Assembly: GCA_038063755.1 (NCBI GenBank)
Contig: JBBTUL010000012.1
Coordinates: 64,572-128,571 of the forward strand
Source of the DNA: Patescibacteria group bacterium
GTDB lineage: Bacteria; Patescibacteriota; Minisyncoccia; UBA6257; 2-01-FULL-56-20
Reading direction: 5' to 3'
Length of the DNA: 64,000 bases
Shown: piece by piece, positions 26,549 through 36,748 of the stretch
Layout: each line of letters begins with the position of its first letter
Position numbering within the stretch: the first letter of the stretch is position 1
Notes under the pieces: model-generated
Database searches by the model: none
Told to the model about the DNA's origin: nothing
What the model saw: only the letters and a program-made list of their open reading frames with translations
Translations under genes and position numbers: made by a program

Positions 26549-28203
26549 TCTTTCGCGGTTCGGGTCGTTTCAAGATGCCACCTGGAAACCGACAGGAACC
26601 GGTCAGAGATATTTTCAAGAAAAGAAGGGGAAATGCCGCGGACTCCTTTTCCGGTGACATAAAGGTAGTCCGGCGAGAAGAGGAAGATCGCAGGATTCTC
26701 GCTTCGGACAAGCTCATAAAGCTCCAAGGCCCTTTTTGTTTGCTCGTCGATGCTTGCCGTGTTTCTCATGGACTCGATGACCTGATCCGCCTTTTTGTTG
26801 TTGTAGAGCGAGATATTTAAACCGGGGTAGAATCGTTCTGAGGAGTGCCAGAACGCAAAAAGGTCGTTCAAGCGGAGGACGCTGTTCCCGAAGAGGATTC
26901 CCTGATAGTCTCGATTTTTGATTGCCGAATTCATAATTTCTTCCGTCGAGGCGATGACGATGTTTACGTTTGCACCAAGCGCGATCCACGAAGCGCGGAG
27001 CGAATCAGCGATCTCTTTAAGAAGCGGGACGTCTGGAACGAGAAGCGAGAACGAAAGCGGAAGCCTCGTTTTCTTGATGGTTTTTTCGCGAATGCTTGAT
27101 CCATCTGGAATCTTCCATCCATCATCTTGCAGTAATCGCCTTGCTTCTTCGATGTTCCCATTCATGCTTCCGGTCGGGATCTGGATCCCCGGAAATCCTG
27201 GAGGAATTGGACCAAACGAAGGCTTTCCTTCTCCGCGCAAAAAGTTTTTAACAATCATTTCTCGATCAATGGCAAGATCAAGCGCTTTTCGAACTTCGGC
27301 ATATTGCAGTGGAAGGTTTTGGCTTTGATTCCAAAAAACCGCATAGGAGGCTGGAGATGTGAAGGCGACGATCTCATGCGGACGAGCAATCATGTCGAGC
27401 GATGCGGCAGACGGACTTACGAATCCATCGATCTGACCAGCATCGAAGGCTCCGATCAAGTCTTTTTCTTCTCCGTAAAAAAATGCATCAAAAGCGCTCA
27501 AGAGAGGCTGTTCTCCAGCGTAACGATTGTTTTTCGCAAGATGAAAGGCCGTAATGAATCCATCGGGTCGTTTTTCATACGATAGGAATGCGTAGGGGCC
27601 GCTTCCGACGGGGCGAAGATTGTACTCGGAAAGTCTCCAGTTTGCTCCTGGAATATTTACGAAAACATGCTTTGGGACGACACGAAGGGCGTCAAGGGTT
27701 TCTTTAAAGAACTGGTACGGCCCGCTAAGACGGAAAATAACCTCCAGCTTGCTTCCTCGAGAAGCGACAATTCCCTGCCATGACGAGAAAAGCGGAGATC
27801 CAGTTTCTGTTTCTTGTATCTTTTCTACGGTGAAAATAACATCGTCGCTCGTAAGCTCTCTGCCGTCTGACCAGGCGAGATTCTCTTTAAGACGAACACG
27901 AACCGTTCGGTCGTTTTCGGAAGTTTCTATTTTCTCTGCAAGGGAAGGAAGGTTCGCGAAGAGGAGCCGAACGAGTCCCCGATCGGTATTGGTTCCCGCG
28001 ATAACCGGATTTATGTGCGTTGGTTGTCCAAGAAATCCTTCGGCGTATGAGCCTCCCTTTGCGGGGACGACCTCAGTTTGTTTTTGAATTGTAAAACCGA
28101 CAAGGAGAACAAGCGCTACTGCGGCTGCTATGGCAGACACGAAGAAGGCGCGACGTTCGGCCGGCGAAAAAGCGCTTAAGATTTGTTTCAGTCGCTTGAA
28201 CAC
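26545..28203 (-). CDS. ABC peptide/nickel-family substrate-binding protein (family 5)
   Basis: WSDGRELTSDDVIFT, PVGSGPY, VRKALDLAIDR; N-terminal TM. Confidence 0.92.
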   Translation of the reverse strand: MFKRLKQILSAFSPAERRAFFVSAIAAAVALVLLVGFTIQKQTEVVPAKGGSYAEGFLGQPTHINPVIAGTNTDRGLVRLLFANLPSLAEKIETSENDRTVRVRLKENLAWSDGRELTSDDVIFTVEKIQETETGSPLFSSWQGIVASRGSKLEVIFRLSGPYQFFKETLDALRVVPKHVFVNIPGANWRLSEYNLRPVGSGPYAFLSYEKRPDGFITAFHLAKNNRYAGEQPLLSAFDAFFYGEEKDLIGAFDAGQIDGFVSPSAASLDMIARPHEIVAFTSPASYAVFWNQSQNLPLQYAEVRKALDLAIDREMIVKNFLRGEGKPSFGPIPPGFPGIQIPTGSMNGNIEEARRLLQDDGWKIPDGSSIREKTIKKTRLPLSFSLLVPDVPLLKEIADSLRASWIALGANVNIVIASTEEIMNSAIKNRDYQGILFGNSVLRLNDLFAFWHSSERFYPGLNISLYNNKKADQVIESMRNTASIDEQTKRALELYELVRSENPAIFLFSPDYLYVTGKGVRGISPSFLENISDRFLSVSRWHLETTRTAKD

Positions 28204-28218
28204 GGGGTTGGTGCTGTT

Positions 28219-28437
28219 CTATCGTAAAATTTGGAGGATCGCGACGACCCCGAAAGCGAGGCCGAGCACGATTGTGCCCCAAAAGATTCCACGCTCAATT
28301 CCTCTGCGGGTCTGATACGCCCCGCCCCCATCGCCACCACCACCGAAGAGGCCCGACATACCAGCTGAACGCTCTTGGAGGAGGATGAGAATGACAAGCA
28401 GGACGGAAATAACGATTTGTAGTAGGGAAAGCTTCAT
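28219..28437 (-). CDS. secG: Preprotein translocase subunit SecG
   Basis: LILLQERSAGMSGLFGGG...TRRGIE; two TMs. Confidence 0.93.
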   Translation of the reverse strand: MKLSLLQIVISVLLVILILLQERSAGMSGLFGGGGDGGGAYQTRRGIERGIFWGTIVLGLAFGVVAILQILR

Positions 28438-28796
28438 CGTGAGTTTCGGGTTGCGATGTGAAAGACAAGGTTGATAACTCCGAACACAATCGTTGCCTCA
28501 AAAAGCGCAAGCACCGTTTGAATGGTAAGTGCAACAAAGAAAAAGTCAAGCAATTTTAAAATAAGAGCGTTTACTACGATAAGGCCGAGTCCGAGAGAAA
28601 GAATAATAAACGGCCCCAAGATAAGCTTCAAAAGCGGTTTCAAAAAGAAGTTCAGGAGCGTAAGGGCGAGCGCGATTATCGCGATTTCGCGGAAGTTCTG
28701 GGTGATACTGAAACCGGCGACAAATTGACTTACGAGAATAAGTCCGACGACGTTTATGGCGACCGCAGCAAGGATCCTTGCGATAAATTTAATCAT
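28434..28796 (-). CDS. 4-TM 'phage holin family 4'/YvlD-like membrane protein
   Basis: LNFFLKPLLKLI...ILSLGL..IVVNALIL pattern. Confidence 0.85.
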   Translation of the reverse strand: MIKFIARILAAVAINVVGLILVSQFVAGFSITQNFREIAIIALALTLLNFFLKPLLKLILGPFIILSLGLGLIVVNALILKLLDFFFVALTIQTVLALFEATIVFGVINLVFHIATRNSR

Positions 28797-28869
28797 GTTT
28801 CTATTATAAAGGATTCCTGTAAAACGGTAAGCAGGTCGTTTCGCGCTTGATTTTCCGATGGGAAAACCG

Positions 28870-30408
28870 CTACTGTATGTTCTTTATAAGGCTTTCGCCG
28901 GTCATGTCTTCCGGCTTTGGAATGCTCATAATGTCGAGAATGGTGGGGGCGATATCGGAGAGAATTCCGGCGGTTTCCCGAGCAAGGTTGCCCTGGTTCG
29001 AAAATCTTTTTCCTCGAAAGCGATCGCCGATTAAATAGAGCGGAACGGGATTCGGGTCGTGCTGTGTCTCGGCTCGGCCGGTCATCGGATTTATAACTTC
29101 TTCAAGGTTTCCGTGATCGGACGTAATAAGGAGCGTGATGTCGGGATGGACTGCTGCTTGCAGGACTTTACCGATCTGAGCATCGATAACGCGCACCGCT
29201 TCTTGCGCGGCATCATAATTTCCGGTGTGCCCGATGGTGTCAGGGTTCGCATAGTTTACGAGTATAAAGTCGAATGCCTGGTCCTGTATTGCCTGCAGGA
29301 GTCGATCAGTGATTGCCGGCGCCATCATGGCCGGATGTTCGTCTGGGTGAGGGATCGACTCGGAGGGGATAAGCACTCGGTACTCATTTTTGTATGGAGT
29401 TTCGTCGTATCCGTTGAAAAAGTAGGTGATGTGAGCATATTTGTAGCTCTCCGCAAGGCGGAGCTGTGTCATGCCTCGCTCGGCAAGAATTTTTCCAAGC
29501 GGCAATTTTACGTTTTCCGACGCGAAGGCAACAGGTACCGAAAAGGTCTCTTTGTAGCGTGTCATGGTCGCGATAAACAGATTCGAGAAATTCTTTCTTG
29601 GGAACTTGTCGAATTCCTTTGCAATAAAGGACTCGGCAATTTCTCGAATACTGTCTTCTCTGAAGTCGAAGAAGAAGAGCGCGTCGTTTTCCTCGATATT
29701 CATCTCCGGCCCACCGAAACGAAGCGCCGGTAAAAATTCTTCGGTGAGCCCCCGGCTGTAGTTTTTTTCAAGAATCGCGGCGAAGTTTTCTTTTGCCATC
29801 ATGCCACCACCACTTACCAGGCAGTTGTAGGCTTCTTTTATAAGGTCCCAATTGCCCTCTCTGTCCATTGCGTAGTAGCGGCCGGTTACTGTCGCGATCA
29901 TTTCTTGGGGAAGCGTCGCGAGAAGCTCTTGTACGGTGTGGGGCGGCATGTCTTTGCCGTCTGCGAAAAGATGGAGCTTTACGCGTGATACTCCTTCTTC
30001 TTTTGCGAGCTTTATGAGTGCGTGGAGGTGTTCAAGAGATGCATGTACGTTTCCCTTTGTGAGGAGTCCGACAAAATTAATTGAAGAGTTGTTTTTTTTC
30101 GCGTGATCGCAAACCTTGCGGAGCGTTTCGTTTTTGAAAAAAGTTCCGTCCGCGATGCTCATTACGATGCGCGGATAGTATTGATAAATCACCTTTCCTG
30201 CTCCGATCGTAAGGTGTCCAACTTCGCTATTTCCGACCTCTCCCCAGGGGAGACCAACGGAAATTCCAGACGCCTGCAGGCTGGTTACAGGATAGTTTTC
30301 TTCGATCCACTTCAGGGCTTGCGGGTTTACAACGTGGATCGGGTTCGATTCGTCATCTCGGCCGATGCCCCACCCATCCAGAATCATAAGAACGACAGTC
30401 TTCTTCAT
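28870..30408 (-). CDS. gpmI: 2,3-bisphosphoglycerate-independent phosphoglycerate mutase
   Basis: ILDGWG, GNSEVGH, GRYYAMDR, NPDTIGHTG, TSDHGN. Confidence 0.97.
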   Translation of the reverse strand: MKKTVVLMILDGWGIGRDDESNPIHVVNPQALKWIEENYPVTSLQASGISVGLPWGEVGNSEVGHLTIGAGKVIYQYYPRIVMSIADGTFFKNETLRKVCDHAKKNNSSINFVGLLTKGNVHASLEHLHALIKLAKEEGVSRVKLHLFADGKDMPPHTVQELLATLPQEMIATVTGRYYAMDREGNWDLIKEAYNCLVSGGGMMAKENFAAILEKNYSRGLTEEFLPALRFGGPEMNIEENDALFFFDFREDSIREIAESFIAKEFDKFPRKNFSNLFIATMTRYKETFSVPVAFASENVKLPLGKILAERGMTQLRLAESYKYAHITYFFNGYDETPYKNEYRVLIPSESIPHPDEHPAMMAPAITDRLLQAIQDQAFDFILVNYANPDTIGHTGNYDAAQEAVRVIDAQIGKVLQAAVHPDITLLITSDHGNLEEVINPMTGRAETQHDPNPVPLYLIGDRFRGKRFSNQGNLARETAGILSDIAPTILDIMSIPKPEDMTGESLIKNIQ

Positions 30409-30511
30409 ATAGAGACATTATATCTTACATTCGTTCAGCACGACGGAACATTGACTTTTTTTGGATACGTGATATGTAGAAGGTAGCAGATTGACCGAGG
30501 AGGAGCTAGTG

Positions 30512-30958
30512 ATGAAAAACAGGACAACGCTCGTTGTTCTCTTTCTTCTCACCATTCTTACTGTTTTTCTGTTTACTTGGAGCGCCCCCGAGACTCGGTT
30601 TTTTGCTTTTTGGTTCGGGGTGGTTTCTGGGTTAGGGTGTTTTCTCGCGACGAAAAAGAGAGCCGTCGCTATTGTAGACAAGACGCTATTGGGGAGCCTG
30701 TTTGCTCGGCAGAGGCTCGAGGTGAGATTTGAGGACAGGCCCGCCCTCCAGATGATCATTACACTTCTTTGTGTTGCGCCTGTCCTCGTAGTTTGTGAGG
30801 CGGTGAGCGGGAGCGCCGTTTATGACTTCAATGGAGTGGCGTGCGCAATGGCTACAGTTTTTACGGGTTGGCTGGTGGAAGCTCTATCCGGGAGTGCCTA
30901 TTATTTCTTGTTTATGCATGGGGAGTTAGCCGCCCAGCCCTTTTCGCCTTCATCTTAA
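30512..30958 (+). CDS. Hypothetical membrane protein (about 4 TM)
   Basis: AGGAGG SD; terminator AACCGCGC-TTTT-GCGCGGTT at the stop. Confidence 0.65.
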   Translation: MKNRTTLVVLFLLTILTVFLFTWSAPETRFFAFWFGVVSGLGCFLATKKRAVAIVDKTLLGSLFARQRLEVRFEDRPALQMIITLLCVAPVLVVCEAVSGSAVYDFNGVACAMATVFTGWLVEALSGSAYYFLFMHGELAAQPFSPSS

Positions 30959-30994
30959 CCGCGCTTTTGCGCGGTTTTCTTGTGGGAAAACAGA

Positions 30995-31023
30995 TTGACG
31001 GGGCGGCTCATTCGGGGTAGTAT
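30995..31023 (+). promoter_or_regulatory. Sigma70 promoter for rny
   Basis: TTGACG-17-TAGTAT. Confidence 0.6.
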
Positions 31024-31105
31024 TCAAGAAATAAAAGTCACCACAGATCAATCGAATTTCCTAAAAAATTCATCAAATTCATGAAGAATTTAGGGACATA
31101 TTTTA

Positions 31106-32626
31106 ATGACAAACATTATTCTCGCACTCGCGGGCCTTCTTGTTGGCGCCGCGGCAGGCTATGCGCTGCGAAGGTTTATAGTTACGCAGAAGGTTGGATC
31201 GCTTGAGCGCGAACTTGAGGAAAAAACAAAAGCGGCAGAGACCATATCGAAAGAGATCGTTTTAGAGGCGAAAGAAAAAGCAGCCTCGCTTTTGGTTGAG
31301 GCAAAAAACGAGGAAAAGGAGCGCAAGGTGCAGCTTTCTGAGCACGAGAATCGCTTGCTTGAGCGCGAGTCGGTTCTGAACAAAAGACTCAATTCACTTT
31401 CTGAGGAAGAAGGGTTGCTAAAGAAAAAAGACGCGGCACTTTCTGATAAGGAAAAAGAGGTTGCCGAAATAAAAACGCGAGCCGAACACGAACTCGAGAA
31501 GGTAAGCGGTCTTTCTCCGGAGAAGGCAAAAGAAATTCTCATGGAGGACCTGAAGTCGAAATACAAAGATGATCTTATAAAGTCAGTTCAGAAAATCGAA
31601 CAGGACCGGCATGACGAGATAGAGAAGCGTTCGATGGAAATTATCACCGTTGCTCTTCAGCGTTATGCCAGATCGCACGTTTCCGAGCTTACAACAACCA
31701 TGTTTAATCTTTCCGACGAAGAGATGAAGGGAAAGATTATCGGAAGGGAGGGAAGAAATATTCGCGCCCTTGAAAGGGCGACTGGGGTTGAGTTTGTGAT
31801 CGACGAAGCTCCGGGGGCGGTCGTGATTTCTTCATTTGATCCATATCGTCGCGAGGTGGCTCGCTTGGCCCTTGAAAAACTCGTGAAAGACGGGCGCATC
31901 CAGCCAGCGAAAATCGAAGAGAAGGTTGAGGAGGCGAAGAACGAGCTTTTGAAGCGGACCATGGAAATTGGAGAAGCGGCGGCAGGAGAGGTGGGGGTCT
32001 ATGACCTTCCGAAAGAAATCATCCAGCTTTTAGGGAGGCTTCATTTTAGAACAAGCTTCGGGCAAAACGTTTTGAATCATTCGATCGAGATGACGTACAT
32101 CGCCGGCATGATGGCGGACGAACTTGGCCTCAATGTTGCGGTTACCAAGAAGGGAGCGCTTTTGCACGATATTGGAAAGGCAATCGACCAGGAGGTCGAG
32201 GGAACGCACGTCGAACTAGGCATGAAGCTTCTTAAGAAATACGGCATCCCCGATCAGGTAATCCAGGCGATGCAATCCCATCACGATGACTATCCGTACG
32301 CGATTCCTGAAGCATACGTGGTAACTGCTGCGGACGTTCTCTCTGCTGCACGACCTGGGGCGCGTCGCGGAACGCTTGAAAACTACATTAAGCGCTTGGG
32401 CGATCTTGAGAGAATCGCAGGAGAGTTTCCGGGGGTTAAGAATGCATACGCTATTTCCGCCGGCCGCGAGTTGCGCGTATTCGTCACTCCGGAAAAGATA
32501 GATGACTTCAAGGCCCTTGAACTTGCCAGAGAAATTGCGAACAAGATCCAGTCCGAGTTAAAATACCCGGGAGAGATCAAGGTGAATGTAATTCGCGAAA
32601 TGCGCGCCGTTGAGTACGCGCGTTAA
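31106..32626 (+). CDS. rny: Ribonuclease Y
   Basis: N-terminal TM and coiled coil, KH (KGKIIGREGRNIR), HD (LLHDIGK), SAARPGAR. Confidence 0.97.
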   Translation: MTNIILALAGLLVGAAAGYALRRFIVTQKVGSLERELEEKTKAAETISKEIVLEAKEKAASLLVEAKNEEKERKVQLSEHENRLLERESVLNKRLNSLSEEEGLLKKKDAALSDKEKEVAEIKTRAEHELEKVSGLSPEKAKEILMEDLKSKYKDDLIKSVQKIEQDRHDEIEKRSMEIITVALQRYARSHVSELTTTMFNLSDEEMKGKIIGREGRNIRALERATGVEFVIDEAPGAVVISSFDPYRREVARLALEKLVKDGRIQPAKIEEKVEEAKNELLKRTMEIGEAAAGEVGVYDLPKEIIQLLGRLHFRTSFGQNVLNHSIEMTYIAGMMADELGLNVAVTKKGALLHDIGKAIDQEVEGTHVELGMKLLKKYGIPDQVIQAMQSHHDDYPYAIPEAYVVTAADVLSAARPGARRGTLENYIKRLGDLERIAGEFPGVKNAYAISAGRELRVFVTPEKIDDFKALELAREIANKIQSELKYPGEIKVNVIREMRAVEYAR

Positions 32627-32632
32627 TCCAAC

Positions 32633-34111
32633 ATGTTTTTCAAAGCCTCAAAGTTTTTTCTTCACGCAACAGTTTTCAACGTGGCGATTGTGACGCTTTC
32701 TACGCTTTTCCCGTTTATCGTAGGGAAGTATGTCTGGTTTCGTACGTCGATCGACCTTGCGCTTATTGCGTTCCTCTTAGGACTAGTTTTTTCTTCTGAG
32801 GAAGGCAGTGCGTACCTTGAGCGGATGAAAAAACTCTTTAAAACGCCGATCGGAATTACTGTTACTGTTTTTGCCGCGGCGTTTGTGATCGCGGGATTTT
32901 TCGGCATCGACCCATCGTTTTCGTTTTGGTCGAATTTCGAGCGTGGCGAAGGAGGATTCCAAATGCTTCACCTCGCAACGTTTTTTGTGCTCCTTGCGAC
33001 GCTCTTTACGAAAGAGAAAGATTGGCAAAAATTTTTCTGGTACTTCATGATTGCGGCGGCCCTGGTTATTCTTTACGGCGTCGGGGCATCGCTTAAATTT
33101 GTTGACGCAGAAACAACGATGCGGATAAGCGATGGTGTTCCGACCAAGGAGCTGACTGGAAAGGGGGGGCCATACTATCAAATATTCCAAAACTTCATCG
33201 GGTCGGCATTTAGCGATCCTGGATTTCGTTTCGCCGGATCTATTGGAAATCCTGCGTACACCGCAACATACCTCCTTTTCGCATTTTTTTTCGCACTCTA
33301 TCTTTTGATCTGGTCAAAGAGACCTTTTAGGTCTCTGCGGTCGTGGGTAATCATTGGTTTCGTAGTCCTTTTCTTTTCATTCTTCATTCTTGCCGCAACG
33401 CGTGGCGCATTTTTGGGATTTGCAGCCGGCACGGGAGCGGGCATGGTCTATCTTATCGCGACAAACAAAAAACTTCGACCGTGGCTTATTGCGCTCGCAA
33501 TTCTCATGTGCGTTGTCTTGGGAACACTTATTCGCTTTAAGGACTCCTCGTTCGTGCAGGGCCTACCGTTCGGGCGTATTTTTGACATTTCGTTTACAAC
33601 GGAAACCTTTGAAGACAGAGCTATTATGTGGTCTATCGCCTGGGACGCTTTTAAGGAGCGGCCGGTCTTCGGTTATGGTCCAGAAAACTTCATCTTTGCA
33701 TTTGACCGGCACTTCAATCCAAAATATTTTGTTCCGGATGAGGGTTTTGGGGCCTGGTTTGACCGTGCGCATAGTTTTGTATTCGACTATCTTGCAGAGA
33801 CGGGACTTGTCGGATTTCTTTCTTATCTCGGAGTTTTTGTGGCGGCATTTTGGCACCTCCTGCGCCGGAAAAGCAATATCGCCGCAGGCGAAGAGAAACC
33901 AGAGACACACAAGCACCGCTCGACGAAACATCTCCTCGAGAAGGTCATTCTCATCGCCATTCCTGTCGGACATCTTGTTCAGGGACTCGTTCTCTTCGAG
34001 GTTTTGGTTATCTATATGAGCATCTTCATCTTCTTTGCGTTTCTTGCCTACAAGTTTGCGCTTCCCGCAGATGACCTTGAGATCGAGAAAAACGAAAAAA
34101 AATATGCATAA
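32633..34111 (+). CDS. O-antigen ligase family (WaaL/PglL-like) membrane protein
   Basis: Multi-TM; GSIGNP, TRGA, RPVFGYGPENF, DRAHS...LAETGLVG. Confidence 0.9.
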   Translation: MFFKASKFFLHATVFNVAIVTLSTLFPFIVGKYVWFRTSIDLALIAFLLGLVFSSEEGSAYLERMKKLFKTPIGITVTVFAAAFVIAGFFGIDPSFSFWSNFERGEGGFQMLHLATFFVLLATLFTKEKDWQKFFWYFMIAAALVILYGVGASLKFVDAETTMRISDGVPTKELTGKGGPYYQIFQNFIGSAFSDPGFRFAGSIGNPAYTATYLLFAFFFALYLLIWSKRPFRSLRSWVIIGFVVLFFSFFILAATRGAFLGFAAGTGAGMVYLIATNKKLRPWLIALAILMCVVLGTLIRFKDSSFVQGLPFGRIFDISFTTETFEDRAIMWSIAWDAFKERPVFGYGPENFIFAFDRHFNPKYFVPDEGFGAWFDRAHSFVFDYLAETGLVGFLSYLGVFVAAFWHLLRRKSNIAAGEEKPETHKHRSTKHLLEKVILIAIPVGHLVQGLVLFEVLVIYMSIFIFFAFLAYKFALPADDLEIEKNEKKYA

Positions 34112-34691
34112 AGAGACTTCGATTTCTAAATACGTGATTGTTTCTCTTGGAATTGGGATCGCGGTTTTGGCGATCGTTTTTGGATCCATTCTTCCCATGG
34201 CCAAGGCGAAAAGATACATAAAGTCTGTGCGAAATCTTTCGCAGGTTCGGAGCATGGAGCAGTTTAAGATAAATTTCGATGCGGTATTGAATTTTTACTC
34301 TCCCATAGGAGACGAGGAGACAGGAAAGTTTCTCGGGAATGAAATTTTCGGGGCGGTAAACAACACAAAACAACCGGAAGAGGTTTCGCGCGCGCTTGTC
34401 GACTATATCGAACCGCGGCTCATGAAAGACAACGTAAGACATCTTCTTCTTGTGGGAAGGATGTATTACGCTATGTGGATGAATTTCAAAAAAGAAAGCG
34501 ATTTTGCGAAGTCAGAAGAGATGTTCCTTCGCGCCCATGAAATAGGCCCACGTCTCCCGAATCCGCTCTACGGACTCCTTGATCTCTACCAGCGCAAGGG
34601 CGAGAAAGAGAAGGCTCGCATTACTGCCGAGGAAATCCTCAAAGAATGGCCGACCGACAAAAGGATTCAGGGTGTTCTTATGCAGAAATAA
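34104..34691 (+). CDS. Membrane-anchored TPR-like protein (possible detached C-terminus of the ligase)
   Basis: One TM followed by TPR-like helices; overlaps the upstream stop just after an A8 run. Confidence 0.7.
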   Translation: MHKETSISKYVIVSLGIGIAVLAIVFGSILPMAKAKRYIKSVRNLSQVRSMEQFKINFDAVLNFYSPIGDEETGKFLGNEIFGAVNNTKQPEEVSRALVDYIEPRLMKDNVRHLLLVGRMYYAMWMNFKKESDFAKSEEMFLRAHEIGPRLPNPLYGLLDLYQRKGEKEKARITAEEILKEWPTDKRIQGVLMQK

Positions 34692-34700
34692 ATACGCGCC

Positions 34701-35756
34701 ATGCGCATCGTCTTTCTGGCAAGCGGTATTCGTCCGCCAGGCGGAATACAAAAGTTCTCTACGGGCTTTGTTCGCGCTCTTCAAGACTTAGGACATGAAG
34801 TTTTTGTTATAAGCCGCGATGCCCACGTGTCAAAACTCTCTTTTGTGGCAGCTTCGTTGTTTGCCATCTTGAGAAGGCGGCCAGATTTTGTTTTGTGTGG
34901 GCACGTTGCAGTCGCTCCGCTCGCAAGGATCGCGCTCCTTTTAAATATTCCTTTTGTGGTGTGCGTGTATGGCATTGAAGCGTGGAGCGGGCTTCGGTCG
35001 ATCGAAAAGAGCGCTCTTCGAAAAGCGCTAACCGTTATCGCCATCTCGGATTTTACGAAAGAGAAGGTATCGCTTTATTCTGACATTCCCGCGAAAAGTT
35101 TTTTCATGCTCCCTCCTTTCGTCGATGGCGCTGAATTTTACATTCGAAAACCAAGCGAAGGATTTATGAAGCGGTCGGGACTTTTGGGGAAAAAGGTGAT
35201 ATTTACTTTGGCGAGACTTTCCGCAAAGGAACAGTATAAGGGATACGACTTTGTGCTTGAGGTTCTGCCAAGACTGGTGCGGGAGATCCCGAATCTTGTA
35301 TATGTTCTTGCGGGTGAGGGTAGCGACATTCCGAGAATCCGTGAGCTTGCGCGAAATCTTAACGTTGCCGGTCATCTTGTCATGCCGGGGTTCATTCTTG
35401 CCGAAGATATCCTTGATTATTATGGAGCATGCGATGTTTTCGTGATGCCATCAACCGGAGAGGGTTTTGGAATAGTTTTTCTCGAGGCAATTGCCTCTGG
35501 GAAGCCGGCAATAGGAGGGAATATAGATGCGTCGAAAGAGGCGCTCCGAGGCGGGGAATTAGGAAAACTTATCAACCCTCACGATTCGGAAGCTTTATTT
35601 ACGGCTATAAGAGACGATTTTCGCGCGGAAGGGACTGCCCAAAAAGAGCGCGGGGAGCTGTTGCGACGCAAGGCTCTCGAGTATTATGGATATGAGGCGT
35701 TTCGAGAGAGGGTGGCGCATCTTGTTCGAGAAATCTCAGAATCTTTTCGCCCATGA
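34701..35756 (+). CDS. GT4 glycosyltransferase
   Basis: FVMPSTGEGFGIVFLEA motif. Confidence 0.93.
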   Translation: MRIVFLASGIRPPGGIQKFSTGFVRALQDLGHEVFVISRDAHVSKLSFVAASLFAILRRRPDFVLCGHVAVAPLARIALLLNIPFVVCVYGIEAWSGLRSIEKSALRKALTVIAISDFTKEKVSLYSDIPAKSFFMLPPFVDGAEFYIRKPSEGFMKRSGLLGKKVIFTLARLSAKEQYKGYDFVLEVLPRLVREIPNLVYVLAGEGSDIPRIRELARNLNVAGHLVMPGFILAEDILDYYGACDVFVMPSTGEGFGIVFLEAIASGKPAIGGNIDASKEALRGGELGKLINPHDSEALFTAIRDDFRAEGTAQKERGELLRRKALEYYGYEAFRERVAHLVREISESFRP

Positions 35757-36748
35757 ACGAAGAAAAGAAGAAAAAAGCACTCATCACTGGCATTACGGGA
35801 CAGGATGGATCATACCTTGCCGAGCTGCTGCTTTCGAAGGGCTACGAAGTGCACGGTCTTGTGCGGCGCGTTGCATATGAGAATGCGACAAATCGCTTTT
35901 CACGGATTGCGAATATTCTGTCCCAGGTCACTCTTCATCAAGGAGACGTTGCGGATTATGCGACTATATGGCGGCTCATCTCTCGAATAAAACCCGACGA
36001 GATCTATCACCTGGCCGCCCAGAGCCAGGTTCACGTTTCCTTTGAAGACGACTTCGGGACGATGAAGATCAATATCGACAGCACCCACTACATTCTTTCT
36101 GCGCTACGGGATCTTGCTCCAGAATGCCGAATGTATTTTGCGGCCACGAGCGAAATGTTTGGCGAGGTACGAGCAACTCCGCAAAACGAAACAACGCCGT
36201 TCAATCCGGTCTCTCCATATGCCATTGCGAAACTTGCTTCGTTTTACCTGGTGCGCCTCTATCGGAGCGCATACGGACTACATGCGTCTTCTGGTATTCT
36301 CTTTAACCACGAATCCCCGCGACGAGGACTTGAGTTCGTGACAAGAAAGATCACCGCGGCCGCCGCCAGAATCAAGCTTGGACTCGATAAGGAGCTGCGG
36401 TTGGGGAATCTTGAGGCAAAGAGGGACTGGGGCTATGCGGGAGATTATGTCGAAGCGATGTGGTTGATGTTGCAACAGCCGACGCCGGATGATTACGTTA
36501 TCGGCACCGGAGAGGAGCACAGCATCCGTGAATTTTTGGACGAAGCATTCGGTGTCGTGGGGCTTGATTGGAGACAATACGTCATTGAAGACGAGCTGTA
36601 TAAAAGGCCGAAAGATGTTATTACGCTTCGAGCGGATGCCTCAAAAGCGAAGCGCGAGCTTGGATGGCAGTCGAAGAAAAAGTTTAAGGAGCTCGTTGCG
36701 CTTATGATGGAGGCAGATATTCAAAAGAATAAAGAGGAAAAAAAATGA
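35753..36748 (+). CDS. gmd: GDP-mannose 4,6-dehydratase
   Basis: ALITGITGQDGSYLAE, SPYAIAK, FNHESPRRG, RDWGYA. Confidence 0.96.
   Translation: MNEEKKKKALITGITGQDGSYLAELLLSKGYEVHGLVRRVAYENATNRFSRIANILSQVTLHQGDVADYATIWRLISRIKPDEIYHLAAQSQVHVSFEDDFGTMKINIDSTHYILSALRDLAPECRMYFAATSEMFGEVRATPQNETTPFNPVSPYAIAKLASFYLVRLYRSAYGLHASSGILFNHESPRRGLEFVTRKITAAAARIKLGLDKELRLGNLEAKRDWGYAGDYVEAMWLMLQQPTPDDYVIGTGEEHSIREFLDEAFGVVGLDWRQYVIEDELYKRPKDVITLRADASKAKRELGWQSKKKFKELVALMMEADIQKNKEEKK

Noticed and set aside
28434-28796. Prophage lysis gene
   Set aside because: This 4-TM family sits between gpmI and secG with no phage genes nearby.
31024-31105. 6S RNA upstream of rny
   Set aside because: The leader is only about 80 nt with one imperfect AT-rich hairpin, too short for 6S.
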